Origin: Clostridia bacterium
GTDB lineage: Bacteria > Bacillota > Peptococcia > Peptococcales > BICA1-8
DNA: 64,000 nucleotides
Reading direction: 5' to 3'
Assembly (NCBI GenBank): GCA_012720075.1
Contig: JAAXZE010000007.1
Location: forward strand, 465-64,464
Shown: piece by piece, positions 61,196-64,000 of the stretch
Layout of the letters: every line of letters begins with the position of its first letter
Numbering within the stretch: the stretch's first letter is position 1
Notes under the pieces: model-generated
Told to the model about the DNA's origin: nothing
The model's input: the letters and a program-made list of their open reading frames with translations, nothing else
Database searches by the model: none
Position numbers and translations under genes: made by a program

Positions 61196-61550
61196 GGGGG
61201 TGTAATGGTTTCGACGGGGGAATTCGGTGGCTTGAGAAGCGAGTCGAGGTCGCACTGGCTCGTTAAACGTTGCACAAAAAATAAACGCTAAAAACAATAA
61301 CTTAGCTTTAGCTGCTTAATTGCAGTCTAACCTCCTACTTGCCTTTGCCTGTGGGGCGAGCAAGGGGGTCACATTAGCAGGCTACTCTTAAGTAACCGCC
61401 TTGTAGCTTAAGGGGAAACTTACAGGGCTGGCCGATGGAAATCCTGTTTGTGGGAGTTCCTGAGGCGAGATGCCAAAACACAAACTACGCTCGTAGATGC
61501 TCAGGTGGTCGATCTTCCGGACAGGGGTTCGACTCCCCTCACCTCCACCA
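61196..61550 (+). ncRNA. ssrA: tmRNA (SsrA), predicted tag reading frame GCT AAA AAC AAT AAC TTA GCT TTA GCT GCT TAA (AKNNNLALAA)
   Basis: The 5' GGGGGTG pairs with the 3' CACCTCCACCA acceptor stem, including G3:U. T-arm GGGGTTCGACTCCCC. The tag ORF ends ..LALAA-TAA. Located directly after smpB. Confidence 0.93.
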
Positions 61551-63022
61551 GCAAAGGTCACAATCGTGTCTATGTCGATTGTGTTTTCATAGACGATTAC
61601 TTTTTTAACATAAGCTTGGATGATGCGTTTTTGCTCTTCCGGGCTTTTATTTTTTATATCAGCGTCTTTTTGAAGATACTTCCGTATCATATCTTCTGTA
61701 GGTGCATGCATTTGAGCCTGTAGTTTTGCTTCCTCAAGTTTTATTGTGAGATTGGCCTTTTTAGTTTCCAACTCGTCCATTTTCTCTTTCATGGACTGAT
61801 GGAACATCCCAGCAGCTATAGCGTTCACAATATTGTTGATCTCCGTTTGCACTCCGGCCAATTGATCGGTAAACAACTTTATATCCCGATTAATCTCCTT
61901 GCTTTGAGAGGCGGCATATTCAGATATTTTCACCACCAGTCTTTCTATAGCTTCCGGGGAAAAAACATTTTCTTCAAGGTGTTTAATAACAATATTTTCC
62001 ACATAGTTTTTGTTTATCGCTTTCATATCGCAAGCCTTAGTTCTTTTCCTAGTGGAGCACTCATAACTCACATACAGGTCCTTATTTCTGCCAGCGAACT
62101 TCCTTGTCCCTGTCATGACACCACCGCATTTACCGCAGAAAATTAATCCAGATAAAAGATATATTTCTTTTGCTGAATTTGCACCCTTCTTATTCTTTTC
62201 CATACGTTTTTGCACCGCCTCCCATATTTCATCTGATATTATTCTGGGTATACCGCCCTCAATTCTGATGATTTCATCCTCGTTTTTGCTCTTGTGGTGA
62301 TTGCGCTTACCGTTAATCTTGCTGGCTGAACGATTAAATATATAAACCCCCCGGTATTTTTCGTTCTTAAGTATGTCGTGAATGCTATTTTTACCGAATG
62401 GTCTGCCGGTTTGGGTTTTATATCCTTGGCTATTTAGGACATGAATTATTTCACTGTAACCTTTTCCAGCAGCATACATTTCAAATATAGTCCGTACAAT
62501 ACGAGCTTCATGCTCATTGATTATGTACGTTTTGTCATTGGCAACATCGTATCCCAGCGGTGGCCTTCCACCAGTATGTTTGCATTGTAGGGCTGTTTCC
62601 TTCATGCCTTTCATGACTTCCCGCGCAAGGTTGCGGCTGTAATATTCGGCCATACCTTCCAAGACAGATTCCAGAATGATGCTTTCTGGACTGTCATCAA
62701 GGTGTTCAAGAACCGATATGAGACGCACGCTATTCTTTTTGAGCTGCCTTTTGTAGAAGGCTGAATCATATCTATCCCGAGAAAACCGATCTAGTTTATG
62801 CACAATCACAACGTCAAACAGGCCCAATGCGCTGTCTCGTATCATTTGAAGAAAACCAGGCCTGTCATCCGTTGTGGCTGATTTGGCTTCATCGGTATAT
62901 ATTTTTACTATTTGCATATTATTTCGATTACAATACTCTTTTATAGCCCGAAGCTGGGCTTCAATACTTTCCTCTCGCTGATTGTCACTAGAATATCTTG
63001 CGTATGCTGCAGCTTTAAACAT
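61388..63022 (-). CDS. Large serine recombinase; its last ~55 codons are antisense to the 3' part of ssrA
   Basis: Catalytic region AAAYARYSSDNQ, resolvase domain, recombinase domain, zinc ribbon CGKCGG..YECSTRKRTKAC and a coiled-coil. ATG 63022 follows GGGAGGGG. The ORF has no stop until 61388, 163 nt into the tmRNA gene. Confidence 0.85.
   Translation of the reverse strand: MFKAAAYARYSSDNQREESIEAQLRAIKEYCNRNNMQIVKIYTDEAKSATTDDRPGFLQMIRDSALGLFDVVIVHKLDRFSRDRYDSAFYKRQLKKNSVRLISVLEHLDDSPESIILESVLEGMAEYYSRNLAREVMKGMKETALQCKHTGGRPPLGYDVANDKTYIINEHEARIVRTIFEMYAAGKGYSEIIHVLNSQGYKTQTGRPFGKNSIHDILKNEKYRGVYIFNRSASKINGKRNHHKSKNEDEIIRIEGGIPRIISDEIWEAVQKRMEKNKKGANSAKEIYLLSGLIFCGKCGGVMTGTRKFAGRNKDLYVSYECSTRKRTKACDMKAINKNYVENIVIKHLEENVFSPEAIERLVVKISEYAASQSKEINRDIKLFTDQLAGVQTEINNIVNAIAAGMFHQSMKEKMDELETKKANLTIKLEEAKLQAQMHAPTEDMIRKYLQKDADIKNKSPEEQKRIIQAYVKKVIVYENTIDIDTIVTFAGGGEGSRTPVRKIDHLSIYERSLCFGISPQELPQTGFPSASPVSFPLSYKAVT
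61559..61588 (+). terminator. Probable ssrA terminator hairpin (also a candidate recombination-site dyad)
   Basis: CACAATCG-TGTCTATGT-CGATTGTG followed by TTTTC, 8 nt after the CCA end. It lies inside the antisense recombinase ORF. Confidence 0.6.
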
Positions 63023-63065
63023 GATTTTCCCCTCCCAAAACCAGAACTGATGTTCGTATACATGG

Positions 63066-63533
63066 TTAAAAAAAATTATCAATGTTTTCTATAATTCCTA
63101 ATGGATCAAAACAAATCCAGTATTCTCCCACACGGCAGTAGATGCCGTATTTTTCTTTGTAATATTTCACAGCATCACATAGAAACCTTTCTGTTACACC
63201 TAGGTACTCTGCTAGTTCGTGTTTAGTTCTGATGCCGGCTTTGTATGCTTCCACTAGCTTGTCCAAAGGAACAAGTTTCTGGTAGGCCAAGGTTCTTGCT
63301 CTACGCTCCTGCTTACGATTCTCTATTTTTGATTGGTCTAGGATATTGCCAGCAGTAGTGTAATAATGGCCGAGTTCTTCGGCGAGAACACAGCATTTCT
63401 CTGCAGTGGTCTCTAAGTTTTTGTTTAGACCAATCACCTTATCATAATACAAACCCTTTATCTTTCCTTTCAATGGAAGGTAAACAACTTCTATGCATTC
63501 CTTTTCTGCTTCAATGAGTAAGGTTTCATGCAT
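63066..63533 (-). CDS. ImmA/IrrE-like (DUF955) protein with variant EELGH motif and a C-terminal HTH-like segment
   Basis: CCVLAEELGHYYT sits where the family normally has HExxH. TKHELAEYLGVTERFL resembles an HTH. Family assignment is from memory of similar clostridial mobile-element proteins. Confidence 0.5.
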   Translation of the reverse strand: MHETLLIEAEKECIEVVYLPLKGKIKGLYYDKVIGLNKNLETTAEKCCVLAEELGHYYTTAGNILDQSKIENRKQERRARTLAYQKLVPLDKLVEAYKAGIRTKHELAEYLGVTERFLCDAVKYYKEKYGIYCRVGEYWICFDPLGIIENIDNFF

Positions 63534-63652
63534 TTTGCGTCCTCACCAATCTGAAAATTTTATTAGGCACAAAAAAATGAACTATCCACAAGGTAAAGTT
63601 TTGACTATTATAGAATTAGAAGTATATGAATTTAACAAAGGCGGTGTGATTA

Positions 63653-64000
63653 ATGTTTAGATTAGCTAGAATATTGAATAGAAAAACTGTACTTATATTT
63701 GTGGTAATTATTGTGGCATTAATCACAACAATCGTTATAAAGTATTGGGATTGGGCACTGGCTAATTTAGGAATAATAAGTTATATTTTCACTGGTTTTA
63801 TAATACTAGCTACTTTATGCGTTAAGTATCCTAACGTTTATATGTATGGGGTATATCTTAAAGCAATTTTATTCGGAGTAGAAACGCTCTGGAATTTATC
63901 TGCCCGTTATATTGGAACCATTTCCCAATTAGAATTCAAACAATTGTGTAATGAATTAGAAAAAATGAGCGAAAGGGTTTCTGTCCATATTCAAAATGAC
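63653..64000 (+). CDS. Partial ORF (116 codons, open to the window edge) encoding a small membrane protein
   Basis: My translation is MFRLARILNRKTVLIFVVIIVALITTIVIKYWDWALANLGIISYIFTGFIILATLC.. with no stop before nt 64000. Weak SD. Absent from the ORF track, presumably because it is unterminated. Confidence 0.4.
   Translation, partial: MFRLARILNRKTVLIFVVIIVALITTIVIKYWDWALANLGIISYIFTGFIILATLCVKYPNVYMYGVYLKAILFGVETLWNLSARYIGTISQLEFKQLCNELEKMSERVSVHIQND

Larger units (their letters stand above)
61551..64000. mobile_element. Left or right end of an integrated element (prophage, ICE or IME) abutting the 3' end of ssrA; continues beyond the window
   Basis: A large serine recombinase and an ImmA/IrrE-like gene lie immediately downstream of tmRNA, a classic integration hotspot. 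The far boundary is not in the window. Confidence 0.6.

Overview
64-kb chromosomal segment of a low-GC (about 40% by eye) anaerobic Firmicute, probably Clostridia or Peptococcaceae-like. The backbone follows the conserved Bacillus/Clostridium order: secA-prfB, ftsEX-ctpA, uvrBA, uvrC, rapZ-yvcK-whiA, rpoN-cggR-gap-pgk-tpiA-gpmI-eno-secG, then est-rnr-smpB-ssrA. Three accessory blocks interrupt it. (1) A convergent uptake-type [NiFe] hydrogenase locus: Tat small subunit, large subunit, cytochrome b and a maturation protease. (2) A block inserted between secG and est that holds a membrane pyrophosphatase and what reads as a complete taurine/sulfoacetaldehyde dissimilation island: GntR regulator, NitT/TauT-type ABC importer, class-III aminotransferase, Xsc-like ThDP enzyme, MFS transporter and alanine dehydrogenase. 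(3) An integrated element next to the tmRNA gene (large serine recombinase, ImmA-like protein) that runs off the 3' edge of the window. The most unusual signal is non-coding. At least fifteen intergenic spacers carry members of a modular repeat family, many of them long imperfect palindromes built from short words repeated about every 31 nt, and they usually end just upstream of a ribosome-binding site. One sits between the two transketolase subunit genes, and others sit on both sides of uvrA. Three genes cannot be translated full length as written. prfB has an in-frame TAA in addition to its normal +1 frameshift, and reads SSF where RF2 has its SPF motif. smpB has an in-frame TAG. The hydrogenase large subunit has a 1-nt frameshift in a homopolymer. 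All calls rest on reading the sequence and ORF translations and on remembered family motifs; no database search was possible.
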